Assembly: GCF_006345805.1 (NCBI RefSeq)
Contig: NC_043008.1
Span: 54,932,001-54,996,000, forward strand
Source: Octopus sinensis
Taxonomy: Eukaryota
DNA length: 64,000 nt
Direction of reading: 5' to 3'
Below are positions 49,191 through 61,824 of this stretch, piece after piece. Made by a program: the position numbers and the translations under genes. How positions within the stretch are numbered: position 1 is the stretch's first letter; every line of letters starts with the position of its first letter. The notes beneath the pieces were generated by a model, which saw only the letters and a list, made by a program, of their open reading frames with translations, ran no database searches and was not told the DNA's origin.

Positions 49191-49808
49191 ATTTAATAAG
49201 ATGAGGTGATTGATGTTGGGTGTGTTAGCTCATGGATGGTTACACATGAATAGGGTCAAGCGTCGTTTTTGTAAGTGAGAGCGTGAACATGTGTAGGTGG
49301 CGTGTAAGTATGTGTGCGTGTGTGTGTGCGAATGTGTGTGTGAGTGTGTGTGTGTGTGAGCGTATATATACATATACGCACACACACATAAAATACATTC
49401 GTACATTATATAGGATATATATATATACACACACATATATATTGCATGAATATGAATAAATTATATATCTATAATTATACGTATCTGTCTTTGTACCTGT
49501 GAGTTACGTGTATGCACCATCCTATAATATATATATATATATATATAGATCTATTATGTATGTATGTATGTATGTATGTATGTATGTCTAGGTCAATACT
49601 CATGTATATATTATACTATAATATTATATAATAATATATAATATATCATACATACTATGTATATATGTATATATACATATATATACAGGTGTATGTACAC
49701 AGACACACCACACACACTATGTATGTATGTATGTATATGTATGTATGTATGTATGTATATATATAAATATATATATCTATATATACCCATATGTCCATAC
49801 ACGCATAC

Positions 49809-49869
<61 letters not shown>

Positions 49870-49874
49870 GTATA

Positions 49875-50086
49875 CAGGGTGGCCCAAAGTAGGTTTACAG
49901 TTGTTCAATTATCTCTTTCGCATTCATATATTAACAGTTTAGATCTTAATTATATAAAAATATGAAACCATTATTCAATGCTAATTTAGTTTAATTGTAA
50001 GATAGAAATTTAAATGAAATAAAATGTTTTAAAAGAAATTTAAGGTGCCTACATGACAACTGTAAACCTAGTTTTGGCCCACACTG
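49875..50086. mobile_element. Tc1/mariner-type MITE with TA target duplication
   Basis: TA|CAGGGTGGCCCAAAGTAGGTTTACAGTTGT..ACAACTGTAAACCTAGTTTTGGCCCACACTG|TA. Confidence 0.9.
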
Positions 50087-50155
50087 TACATATGTATATA
50101 TATATATGTATGTACATATTCACACACCCATACACATAAATACATATATATGCTC

Positions 50156-50191
<36 letters not shown>

Positions 50192-50198
50192 CATATAC

Positions 50199-50385
50199 TT
50201 TATTTAAGCAGCAGAAAATTCATCAAACCTGTTACTCTGAGTTTCCCGTTGCCGTTCGTCGGACAGTTTTTGTTAGAATGGAACCGATTGTCAATTCGGT
50301 CCATTCTAGCAAAAACTGTCCGACGAACGGCAACGGGAAACTCAGAGTAACAGGTTTTGATGAACTTTCGGCTGCTTTAAATAAA
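50199..50385. ncRNA. Palindrome with about 90-bp arms carrying an HHR-like motif on each strand
   Basis: Plus strand 50311-50358: AAAAACUGU-CCGACGA-A-CG-GCAA-CG-G-GAAA-CUC-A-GAG-UA-ACAGGUUUU. The mirror copy is on the minus strand at 50225-50271. Confidence 0.7.
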
Positions 50386-50930
50386 ACATATTACTCTACC
50401 ACTGGTATTTGAGCACTCTTTTTTCCACCTTGTTTCACATTTATGTGTTTACTCCGGTATATATATATATATATATTACATACTGAATCCCACACATCTA
50501 GGGACATATTGAAGATATGGTGAAAGACTCTTAGCGAATATGCCGCGCATAGGAACCGAACCCAAGATATTGTTATTGCGAAGCATACATTCTTAATCAT
50601 CCGACTATCGTCAGGTCATTTGTCTAGCTCTCGGCGCTCCGAGTTCAAACCTGCCGTAGTTAATACTTTGACTTTCATAGTTTCTTGCTGCTTATAAATA
50701 CAATATGTATTAAGCCTTTGCACCGCTCTCTTTCCGTTGAGCATTTTATAAGCTTTATGGATAGTCGGCAGGGTCAATGTTGCAAGCGCCAATTGGTTTT
50801 TCCTGCTCGATACTAACTATGTTGCCACCGAAAAAACATGTACCCGTATACAAATACACACACACACACACACCACACACACACACATGTATGTATCATC
50901 ATCATCATTCGATCTCCGATTTCAATAATA

Positions 50931-51690
50931 TTAGGTTGATCCGAAAATAATGGCCGATTTCAGAAACATAATTTTCTTCTGGAAAAATTAACAATAGAAA
51001 TGTTTTGATTAGTCAAAGTATGAGCCGTGAACATCTCTGCATCTCTGCCAACAATCAATGAGATTATTTATGCCACGTTGATTAAAAACTTATTGGCTTT
51101 GATGCTAAGAAATCTTTGAATGTTGATTCCACCTCTGGTTTGGACATGAAAGTTTTATCACTTAAAAACGTGTTTAAATGCTTTACAAAATGGTAGTGAT
51201 TGGGTGAAAAATCAGGAGAATTTGGAGAATGTGGTAAAGTCTCGTATCCCAAGTCTGTGAGTTTCTGCAGCGTCATTCTTGCAACATGTGGCTTTGCATT
51301 ATCGTGGAGCAGAATTGGGCCACGCCGATTCACCAATGCAGGTCTCATTTTTTGCGAGTGAGCCTGCATTTCAGCGAGATGATTGCAGCAAACCTCTGCT
51401 CTAATGTTCTGCTTGGCTTCCAGAAAGTTGTAATGGATAACATCAACTGCAGACTACAAGACAGTCACCATAATCTTTTGCTGATACAACTTCGGCTTTG
51501 GGAAATGTTTGGGGGATTCATCACGATAAAGCCATTCACCTGATCGTTTACTGTTATCATAAAGTAATCATTCGATCTAGAAAGAGATCATTGGTGTTTC
51601 GCAGAACTTTTTGATTTTCATTGAGCTCATGCGGTACCAATTTATCGAGCTTTTCCACTTAACCAATCTTCTGCAGATTATTAAAGAGCC
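50931..51690 (-). mobile_element. mariner transposase remnant with 3' TIR
   Basis: KLVPHELNE, ILLHDNAKPH and LPHSPNSPDFSP. TIR TA|TTAGGTTGATCCGAAAATAATGGCCGATTT. Confidence 0.9.
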
Positions 51691-51738
51691 TACATCAATT
51701 ATTAAGTATGTTGAAATTCACCTAAAATATGATTAAAA

Positions 51739-52131
51739 TCTCTCTCTATATAAAGCTGAAGTTGTCTGTGTATGGCAGGTCTGGTAGCCTTCAACTAACA
51801 CTATCTCCTCCGAGACCCTGCGGCGCAAGTTGACAAAAATTGAGAGTATGATAGAAGAAGGCTTGTTCTTCCTTCCGTAGAGGAAAAAATTCAAATCGGA
51901 CCATGTTAACACCAACAATTATTTACATCAAAAAGGTGCTTTTTTTCTATGAAAATCCCTATTTTTATACGATTTTTTGACTGCTGTGTCGCCATTTTTC
52001 GGTGTATCTCAACCAGAAAAATGTTCATTTAAAGAAAATAACAAGTTACATAATGCAAAATTTTTACTTTTTAAAAATTCCAATTCTAAAGGGTCGAAAC
52101 AAACCCGAGCAACGCCGGGCGATACTGCTAG
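51739..52131 (+). mobile_element. Non-autonomous Helitron
   Basis: A|TCTCTCTCTATATAAA 5' end and CCCGAGCAACGCCGGGCGATACTG-CTAG|T 3' end. Confidence 0.85.
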
Positions 52132-52269
52132 TAATATGATAAAATGGCGATTTCAAAATACAACACTTAGAGCAGCCATTATTTTCGGAACAACCAAATA
52201 GCATAGGTTGGACGTTTTGAGTTTGTGACAGGTGACTGTGCCAAGCTTACTCTCTCTCTCTCTCTCTTT

Positions 52270-53360
52270 CTCTCATCATGTTTACCAATCTTCCGCCCGG
52301 GACTGGTTTGTATATTGGATTCGACCCTAAAAGAATAAAATAAGTTAACCACTGGTGGAATTTGAACTCAGAAAACCGAAAGCCAAAACGCACGCTACAA
52401 GGTCCGACGTTCTATTATTTCTGTCTGTCGCCCAAGACAGTTTCTTTTGTTTTTCTTTTTTTTCTTCTTTTTTTTTTTTGTCAACCTCGAAAATATAAAA
52501 TTCTAAGTTGATTACTGCCAGATTTGAACTCAGACATCCAGAACTGGAACATATAACCACAAAACATCCCATCTGACGTTTTACTACTTCTAACCAACCT
52601 CTTCCCTTTACTAGTTTCTTTATTTTTCTTCTTTATTTTATCAACCCCAAAAAGATAAAATGCTTTTCTATTACTCTTCCACCCTGGACTGGTTTTTCTA
52701 TTTTATCGACTCCGAGATGATATAATATAACGTTGACCACTACGGGATTCGAACTCACAGAGCCGAGAACCAGAACATATACCACAATGGTAATCTCGAA
52801 AGACGTTCTCTCTTTTCTATTACTCTTCCACCCTGGACTGGTTTTTCTATTTTATCAACCCCAAAAGGATAAAATGTAACGTTGACCACTACGGGATTCG
52901 AACTCACAGAGCCGAGAACCAGAACATATACCACATGGTAATCTCGATAGACGTTCTCTCTTTTCTATTACTCTTCCACCCTGGACTGGTTTTTCTATTT
53001 TATCGACTCCGAAAGGATATAATATAACGTTGACCACTACGGGATTCGAACTCACAGAGCCGAGAACCAGAACATATACCACTTGGTAATCTCGATAGAC
53101 GTTCTCTCTTTTCTATTACTCTTCCACCCTGGACTGGTTTTTCTATTTTATCGACTCCGAAAGGATATAATATAACGTTGACCACTACGGGATTCGAACT
53201 CACAGAGCTGAGAACCAGAACAGATACCACAAGGCAATCTCGTCCAAGGTTCTATCATTCCCACCAGTCCCTCGCCTTAGACTAGTTTCTTGATTTTTAC
53301 CAATCCTGAACAGATAAAATGCGAGGCTGACTACGGCGGGATTCGAACTCAGTGAGCCGA
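52270..53360 (-). repeat. SINE-B-derived tandem array, about 148-bp unit
   Basis: TTTTCTATTACTCTTCCACCCTGGACTGG recurs at about 52664, 52813, 52960 and 53108. The unit contains GAGTTCGAATCCC and TCCTTTCGGAGTCGATAAA on the minus strand. Confidence 0.85.
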
Positions 53361-53439
53361 GACAATTGGTTGCGTGTCTGTGTATTCAATTCTGCACGAG
53401 TTCTGTCAACGTAATACGTCTTTTACAAGTTATCCCCCT

Positions 53440-54264
53440 CCTTCTCCTCCTTTTCCTCCTCCTCCTGTTACTTACTCTTGTATAAGTTAAATCTAATCGC
53501 TTCTAAATTCTCCCACTCCTCTTTCTCTCCCACTCTTTCATATTTTCTCTTCCCCCCCCTCTCTCTCTCTCTTTCTCTCTGCACCTCCCTCTATCTCCCT
53601 CCATTCTGTTTCTCTTTCGTTTTGCTTTACTTTTCCTCCTTTTCCCTGGTTTCCGCTTCCATTTTTATTTTGTTTCGTTCTTCCCATTTCTCTCTCTCTC
53701 TCTCTAACTCTCTCCCTTTCTCTCTCCTCTTTTTCCACGCTCTCTTTCCCTCTTTCTCCCCTTTCTCTTCTGCTCGCTCGCTCACTCTCCCACCCTCCCC
53801 TCGTCACGTCTCCCTCTCTCCCTTTCTCCCTCTTTCTTTCTACTCGCGCTCTCTTTTTCTGCCCAGTTTTCCCCGTCTCCCTTCCTTCCTACACTCCTCT
53901 CTGTCTGTCTGTCTCTCTCTCTTCCTCTCTCCCCCTCTCTCTCTCTTTCCTCTTCGTTCCCCACTCTCTCACCTCACCACCTTCTCTGTCTATATTCTCT
54001 GTCTGTCTCCTATTTATACGCTGCAAATCGTCCAATAGATGCTGACAATGCTATAAAGACTAAGGGGAAGGGAGGCAGAGAGAAACAGAGAGAGTAACAG
54101 ACTTGCTGGAAGTAGAGAGGCGTGTCCATATTTAACTCCGCCTTTCTAATATCACCAATCAATACGGACATACATACATAAATACATACATATTCATATA
54201 CATAGATACATAATATACATTTATATATACATTCTACACAAACACACAAACACACACAACACAT

Positions 54265-54295
<31 letters not shown>

Positions 54296-54422
54296 AATAT
54301 ATATATATACATACATAAGTATCTATACACGCGCACAGATACATACACTGCGTTCTCTAAATGTCAACTAAGTATATGAATCTTGCACTTTCCCATACTC
54401 TTACTTTCTTTCCCTTTCTCTA

Positions 54423-54454
<32 letters not shown>

Positions 54455-55540
54455 AACTTACTTTTTATCACTCCCTTCCTCTCTCCGAATCTCTTTTCTT
54501 TATTACTCCCCCTCTCTCTTTCCCTCTCTCTGTGGTTCTTTCTCTCTCTCTCTCTCTCTTATCTCTCTCTCTCTTATCTCTCTCTCTCTTTATCTTCACA
54601 CGCTTTTCTCTTTTTTCTCTTTAAAACTAAACACATTACAACTATCGTCACTACGAGTGTGGGATGAACATCCAGACATGCGCACACACACACTGTGCGC
54701 TCACACGCGCGCACAAGTACAAACAGGACTTCAGAGTGGATGGAACAAGACTTATTTCAGTCCCCGATGGGGTGAGATAGAAGTGGCGGTAGAGGAGAAC
54801 TATTTCTCTCTCATTCTCCCTTTCTCTCACTCTCTTCGTCTCCCCCTCTCTCTCTCTATCTGTCTCGCTCTTTCTCACTGTCTCTCTGTCTCTGTCTCTT
54901 TTTCTCTCTCTTTCCATCTCTCTCTCATTCCATCTCTCTCTCTCTTCGTCTCTTTCTCTCTTTGTCTCACTTTTTGTCTCTCTCTCTTTCTCTCTCTCCT
55001 TTTCTCTCACTCTCTTCGTCTCCCCCCTCTCTCTCTGTCTCGCTCTTTCTCACTGTCTCTCTGTCTCTGTCTCTCTTTCTCTCTCTTTCCATCTCTCTCT
55101 GTCTTTCTGTCTCGCTCTTTCTCATTGTCTCTCTGTCTGTCTCTCTCTCTCTCTTTCCATCTCTCTCTCTTTCTTTCCATCTCTCTCTCTCTTTCCATCT
55201 CTCTCTCTCTTTCCATCTCTCTCTCTCTCTCTTTCCATCTCTCTCTTTTCATCTCTCTTTCCATCTCTCTCTTTCCATCTCTCTCTTTCCATCTCTCTCT
55301 TTCCATCTCTCTCTTTCCATCTCTCTCTTTCCATCTCTCTCTCTCTCTCTTCGTCTCTCTCTCTCTTCGTCTTTTTCTGTCTTTGTCTCACTTTTTGTCT
55401 CTCTCTTTGTCTCACTTTTTGTCTCTCTCTCTTTGTCTCTCTCTCTTTGTCTCTGTCTTTCTCTTTGGCTCGTTCTTTCTCAGTCTCTCTGACTCTGTTC
55501 CTTTTTCTTTTCTCTCTCTTTTTCCTTCTCTCTCTTCCCT
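53440..55540. repeat. (CT)n-rich polypyrimidine blocks with higher-order repetition
   Basis: Direct reading. TTTCTCTCACTCTCTTCGTCTCCCC recurs at about 54820 and 55000. Confidence 0.9.
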
Positions 55541-55897
55541 GGGCTCTCGTGGCCACAGACTGATCTACAGGTCGAATATTACCCCCTCTCTTTCTAAATA
55601 CCCCTGCACACACAAACGTACGCTCTCGCGTGCACCCCCCCCCCCCGACAACATAATGTTTGGTTGCGACTATCATTACAGTTCTTCAATCAACTGAACT
55701 TCATAACCACTAAATTAAAATGTAGGTGGTTGAGTATTCCGTTAATAAATATTTGTAAACTTAATGTCAGTGTGATGCAGTCGCTTTTAAGGATAAAGTT
55801 TCCCCTTTTCGTTACCCTTTTTTTTTCCTTTTTTGACATTAATTTTGTGAAAAAATGAAGAATTTAGTAAAATAACACTTTCATTATTTAGCTAATT

Positions 55898-56480
55898 AAG
55901 GCGGCGAGATGGCAGAAACGTTAGCACGCCGGACAAAATGCGTAGCCGTATTTCGTCTGCCGTTACGTTCTGAGTTCAAATCCCGCCGATGTCGACTTTG
56001 CCTTTCATCCTTTCGGGGTCGATAAATGAAGTACCAGTTACGCACTGGGGTCGATATAATCGACTTAATCCGTTTGTCTGTCATTGTTTGTCCCCTCTGT
56101 GTTTAGCCCCTTGTGGGTAATAAAGAAACAGGTATTTCGTCTGCCGCTACGTTCTGAGTTCAAATTCCGCCGCGGTCGACTTTGCCTTTCATCCTTTCGG
56201 GGTCGATAAATTAAGTACCATTTGCATACTGGGGTCGATGTAATCGACTAGCCCCCTCCCCAAAAATTTCAGGCTCTGTGCCTAGAGTAGAGAAGGTTCT
56301 CTTTAGAAGGCAGCGAGCTGGCAGAATCGTGAGCATGCTGGATGAAATGCTTAGCGCTACGTTCTGAGTTCAAATTCCGCCGAAGTCGACTTTGCCTTTC
56401 ATCCTTTCGTGGTCGATAAATTAAGTAGCAGTTCAGTAATGGGGTCGATGTAATCGACTGGCCCCACCAAATTTCAGGTT
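55898..56480 (+). mobile_element. SINE family B dimer plus an adjacent copy
   Basis: Head at 55898, junction TAAAGAAACA|GGTATTTCGTC at about 56130 and a third copy from about 56308. Confidence 0.9.
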
Positions 56481-56489
56481 TTGTGCCTA

Positions 56490-56852
56490 TGGCGGTGGTG
56501 GTGGTGGTGATGACGATGATGTGGTGGAAGAGTAGCTCATGATAGTCGTGGTGGTGGTGGTGGTGATGCTACTGCTTCTAGCAGTAGTGGTGATATTGGT
56601 GATGATGCTCGTAATGCTTATGGTGATGATGCTGCTGGTGGTGGTGGTGGTGGTGTTGGTGGTGGTGGTGGTGGCAGAGGCAGTGGTGGTAGTGACGGTG
56701 GTAGTGATAATGCTGATGCTCTGCTACTGCTGTGGCTGCTGGTGATGCTTGTGTGCAGGTAGTTCTGGTGGTGGTGGTGGTGGTGGTGGTGGTATTGGTG
56801 GTGATGGTGGTGCTAGTGCTGGTGGTGGTGCTAGTGCTGGTGGTGGTGGTGG

Positions 56853-56883
<31 letters not shown>

Positions 56884-57010
56884 GCTACTGGTAGTGTCTA
56901 CAGTGATACCGATGGTGTTAGTGGTGCTGCTGCTAGCAGTTGTAGTGGCGGTGCTGGTAGTGCTGGTGGCTTTGGTGCTAGTTGTAGAGATGGTAGTAGT
57001 TCGAGTAGTG
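56490..57010. repeat. (GGT/GAT/GCT)n trinucleotide block
   Basis: Direct reading. Confidence 0.95.
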
Positions 57011-57376
57011 GTATTTAGTAACTGACATTGATCACTTAAATCATCTTTACTAATTTCCTTTATCCTTTTTCTTTTTCTCTCCCTCAAGTGATTTGACCTT
57101 ATTTAATCTCAAATTTACCCCTTTATTCCGTGTCGTTTAAATAGTTCTTTATATTTATTAATTTATTTGTTTATAGGAAAGGAAGAGACGAACCTGACTG
57201 TCATAATGCTAGACAAATATGGCCGCTATTAAAGCAAACATGGCCGCTGTCAAAACAAACATGGCTGTTGTCGAAGTGTTTGCAAACACACGCGCAATTA
57301 CAAAGGCAGACACTAACATATATTCAAAGGCACAAACACACACACAAAACAGACCATGCAAGCACATACATATATA

Positions 57377-57570
57377 CGAAGGGGTGCTGAAATGTTCCTG
57401 GTTTTGGGTAAACGGAAATGCAGGAGAAGCAGTTAATTATGATTTTGTTCAACATATTCCCCGTCTCAGATCCACACACTTATTGCAGCGGTCATTCAGT
57501 TTTTCTAAGCCCTGTAAAAGAACTCGGATGTTTGGGTCCCCAATTAGGCCTTTCGCGATATCCTTAAAAA
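57377..57570 (-). mobile_element. mariner 3' end with TIR
   Basis: TA|CGAAGGGGTGCTGAAATGTTCC TIR. The minus strand reads GLEKLNDRCNKCVDL. Confidence 0.7.
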
Positions 57571-57589
57571 CTTAAAACAACCCCTCGTG

Positions 57590-57693
57590 CATGCAACCAT
57601 GCATAGATACATGCAGAGATACATGCATACATACATGCATATATACATACATACGTATATATATACATACATACATACATACATACTACATTC

Positions 57694-57724
<31 letters not shown>

Positions 57725-58045
57725 CATACATACATACATACATACATACATACATACATACATACATACATTCTTACATACATACGTTCTTACATACATA
57801 CATACATTCTTACATACATACATACATTCTCATACATACATACATACATACATACATCATACATACATCATACATACATACATACATTCTTCATACATAC
57901 ATCATACATACATACATACTACATACATACTACATTACTTACAACATACATACATACACAACACACCACACCACACATACATACATACATACATACATAC
58001 ATACATACATACATACATACATACATACATACATACATACATACA
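57590..58045. repeat. (CATA)n microsatellite
   Basis: Direct reading. Confidence 0.95.
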
Positions 58046-59004
58046 TGCAGAAAATTTATTCGAAGTAAATTTTATTAGGTACACGAGGTACACTATCGAT
58101 TTGGAAGTGGGATCGATTGCATAGTATAGAAAATATCAGTGCTCTTATAACAAAGAGATAAATTAGCAAAATATATAGATCTAAGGCCAAAGGGCTTTGT
58201 GTCATTTACTTCCACTTCTTTCTTTTGAGTTCAAATCCCGCCAAGGTCGAATTTACTTTTCATCCTTCCGGGGAGAGCAAAACAATACCAGTCAAGTACA
58301 GAGAATGATTTAATCGTTTAATCAAATAACATATTTCCTTCATTGTGGGTGGCCTTATGTCTTATTTGTAGCCGGACCAACGTAAATAAAGACAAAATTC
58401 ACATCTACATAAAACATCTTGCTGAACTCGTTGGGAAGCAATGAATCTCTACGCTAGAAATAGCAGCCAAACTCTCCCTTGAACTCACACTGCCATTTAA
58501 AAAAAAAAATACAATTGATAATGTAGTCTTGGACACATGGCGTCTGAAAAAACAAAAAAGAAAGGGATGATCGCTGCTGAAATTATTTCAGTCATATACC
58601 TGATCGATTTTGACTGACCTAGGGCTAAAGCAACAACAACAACAACAACTACTACAACAATAATACAATAGCAAATTAAAGTGTTGAGATTGTCTGTAAA
58701 GTTGATGAAGGAAACGTTAAGTATTTACTCGTCAGGGATGGCTATGAGAACGATGACTTTTCTCCAGACAGAAAAGAGAAAGCAATTAATTTTGTTTGTG
58801 TTTAAAATGGAGACGCATAGACGTTAAGCTGGAATCCAAACAACGGAGTTAAAAGAGGCGGAAGAGGGTGACAACGACGTTAGATGTAAGACTGACGAGG
58901 GGATGAGTTGAGTGTAGAAAGAAAAGCAAACACGCAGGTTCAAACCTACGCACAGGCACACACACATATACACGGACACACACACACAAAAGTGTGTGTA
59001 TATA

Positions 59005-59190
59005 TTCTTTTATTTGTTTCAGTCATTTGACTGCGGCCATGCTGGGGCACCGCCTTTCGTCGAACAGATCGACCCCCAGGACTTATTCTCTGTAAGCCTA
59101 GTACTTATTCCATCGTTCTCTTTTTGCCGAACCGCTACGAGGACATAAACACACCAACATCGGTTGTCAAGCGATGATGGGAGAAAAAAC
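59005..59190 (-). mobile_element. SINE family A, 3' part
   Basis: TTTCAGTCATTTGACTGCGGCCATGCTGGGGCACCGCC. Confidence 0.85.
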
Positions 59191-59221
59191 AGAATACAAA
59201 CATTATATATATATATATATA

Positions 59222-59597
59222 CTAGCAGTATCGCCCGGCGTTGCTCAGGTTTGTAAGGGAAATAACTATAAAGCATTTTTAGAGAGTTATAGCCAAAAAA
59301 TAGCAAAAAGATGGAAAAAAATGATGGTAAATTTTTTTTTTAGTTAAAAAAGGTGGAGTTGCGTCCCCTAGACAGTTTGTGTTTCTGATTCTGGACCCCA
59401 TGTCGAATTTATCGATTTTTTTCAGAACTGGGGGAACTTTTCAAAATTTTCGCTGCGTTAGTTTTGAATTATGACATTGGGCTATGTGTGTGTCAAGTTT
59501 CATCAGAATCGGTTGAAAGCCGTGGTCAGGGTGAAGGTACAAGCAAACAGACACACAGAAACACGCACAGACAAACTGCCGTTTATATAGAGAGAGA
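59222..59597 (-). mobile_element. Non-autonomous Helitron (same family as 2005-2385)
   Basis: A|CTAGCAGTATCGCCCGGCGTTGCTC on the plus strand, and a minus-strand 5' end A|TCTCTCTCTATATAAACGG. Confidence 0.85.
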
Positions 59598-59603
59598 TAT
59601 ATA

Positions 59604-59650
<47 letters not shown>

Positions 59651-59719
59651 GTGCGTGTGTGTGTGTGTATGTGTGTTTGTGTGTGCATGTGTGTGTTTGT
59701 GTGTGTGTGTGTGTATGTT

Positions 59720-60776
59720 TGTCCCTCCACCCCCACGTGCCTTGAGGTTTCATCACAAGAAATACTCACACATGGACAAATCAAGGGACCGAGCGACCAA
59801 GGAATGTCAGCAAACCTTGAAATAAGGCAGTCAACGAAGAGAAGGTGAAGAACGTTCACTGATGCTCTTGTTGTGTGGGCCGTCGCCCCATCCTACTGAA
59901 ACCACACACATCGAATAGGTAAGTATACGTTTCCGTCGAAATTCAAACTCAAAGAAGTTGTTTATCATCTCGTTGTAACGCTCGGAGTTCACAGTAACAG
60001 CATTTCCATTATTGTCTTAAAGAACGTAAGGACCAATGACGGCAGCTTTTCCAACAGCACACCAGACCGTCACTTGCGGGATGTGCAGTGGTCATTCGTG
60101 TAGTTCTCTCGGATTTTCAAGAACCCAATAACAACAGTTCTGCTGATTCACCATGCCATTGAGATGAAAATGAGCTTCACAACTCATTAACAAAATGAGG
60201 TTGTCATTTGCCTCAAAAATTGCTTCCATCCGGCGTGCGACGTTAAGCCACTGTGCATAGCTCCATGGTTTCAACTGTGGCCCAATGACCGTTTTGTACA
60301 GGTCTTCATGCGAAATACGCCTTAACGATCGATTACCGATGTGAAGTTCAGTGAAATGCCTCCAACAGAACGATTCGGGCTCTGTATCAAATCTTGTCTG
60401 ACGCGCCCCACATTTTCCGAGGTCCGAACCGTTCGTGGCGCCCCCACCGGTCTCCTATTCATTAGTGTACCTCGTGTACGAAATGCATTCACCCAACGTA
60501 ATATTGTATTACGGGTGGGAACAGCCTGATTTCGGTGAATGTTGAAGTGACGCCGAAACTCACGCCCAACTGCTGTTACAGACTCGTTATTATTCACGTA
60601 ACTGTTTTAGGCTAACACGCGATGCCCTATCGTCCACAGCGCCATGACTTCACCTGAAAAGAAAAAAAATACTAAGACACCACGGACCGAATGGTACCTG
60701 TCGGACATATATCCCTTCCTCTGGGGCTGAGTAACAGCCATTTCAAAAGCGTCCGTCCTCTCTGCTCCACCCTATA
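59720..60776 (-). mobile_element. IS630-Tc1-mariner transposase remnant, rosa/DD41D-like spacing
   Basis: REFRRHFNIHR..PTRNTILRWV HTH, SCEAHFHLNG..NQQN, VWFQ*DGATAHT and W.PRS.DLS.C(E)YF. TIR-like TATAGGGTGGAGCAG at about 60776. Confidence 0.8.
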
Positions 60777-60844
60777 CATATATTTAAAAACTGGTACAAC
60801 GATCGTTTTCACCTCAGAACATTAACAGGGGAAAATCCCTTTAT

Positions 60845-60909
<65 letters not shown>

Positions 60910-61044
60910 ACACACACACACACACATTCACACACTCACTCACAAACACACACAAACATACACACACATACGCATACTAACGCACACGGATACACACACA
61001 TACGCACACACACACACACTCATTCCCTGATAGTGGTATTTTTT

Positions 61045-61330
61045 TGTTCCTTCTCAACCCACGCCTGGCTCATAAGGGCCGGTTTCCCGGTTTCCTTGGC
61101 GTATATGTTCCCCACCTGGACGGGACGCCGGTCCGTCGCAGGTGAGCTGCAATATGCAGGAGGAAAGAATGAGAGAAAGTTGTGGCGAAAGAGTCAGCAG
61201 AAGTTCGCCATTACCTTCTGCCGGAGCCGCGTAGAGCTTAGATGCTTCACTCATAAACACACACATCGCCCGGTCTGAGATTCGAACCCGCGATCCCTCG
61301 ACCGCGAGTCCGCTGCTCTAACCACTAGGC
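61045..61330 (-). mobile_element. SINE family C (alternative 3' tail)
   Basis: tRNA-like head GGTTAGAGCAGCGGACTCGCGG..GGTTCGAATCTC, matching 63027-63326. Confidence 0.85.
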
Positions 61331-61824
61331 CTCCTGATAGTGATATTTGTCATCTTTATATCCAGAGATGCTTTGTTTATCTCTTTAAACCAAAGTATTT
61401 CTTTCCTGCAGTTCTTGTACACCATATTCTTAATAACTTTCATTTGAATCCAGAAACTTTTGTTTTGTTTCCATTTTTGTTTGTTTTTGCTTCGATTTTT
61501 TTGACACAAATCTAGCACAATTACACTAAAACATTGTCATCAATATATTCTATTTTAATTAAATCAAAACATAGAATATATAATATAAACTATTTATTGA
61601 ATTAAATTAGTCAAATTGTTCTCAAATGATATATCTTAATACAATTGTTATATTTATAATTTGAATAGTTGGAGAATCAGGAATATTTGATCACCAGAGT
61701 AAAAATTTCTCTTATTATTTTAAGTAATTCAGTTTTTAGTACCATTCATATACTGAGTCAGTTTGCCGAATTAAACAATGCACGTTGCTTGTACATAAAA
61801 TATTTTATTTATTCTTTTCTATTC

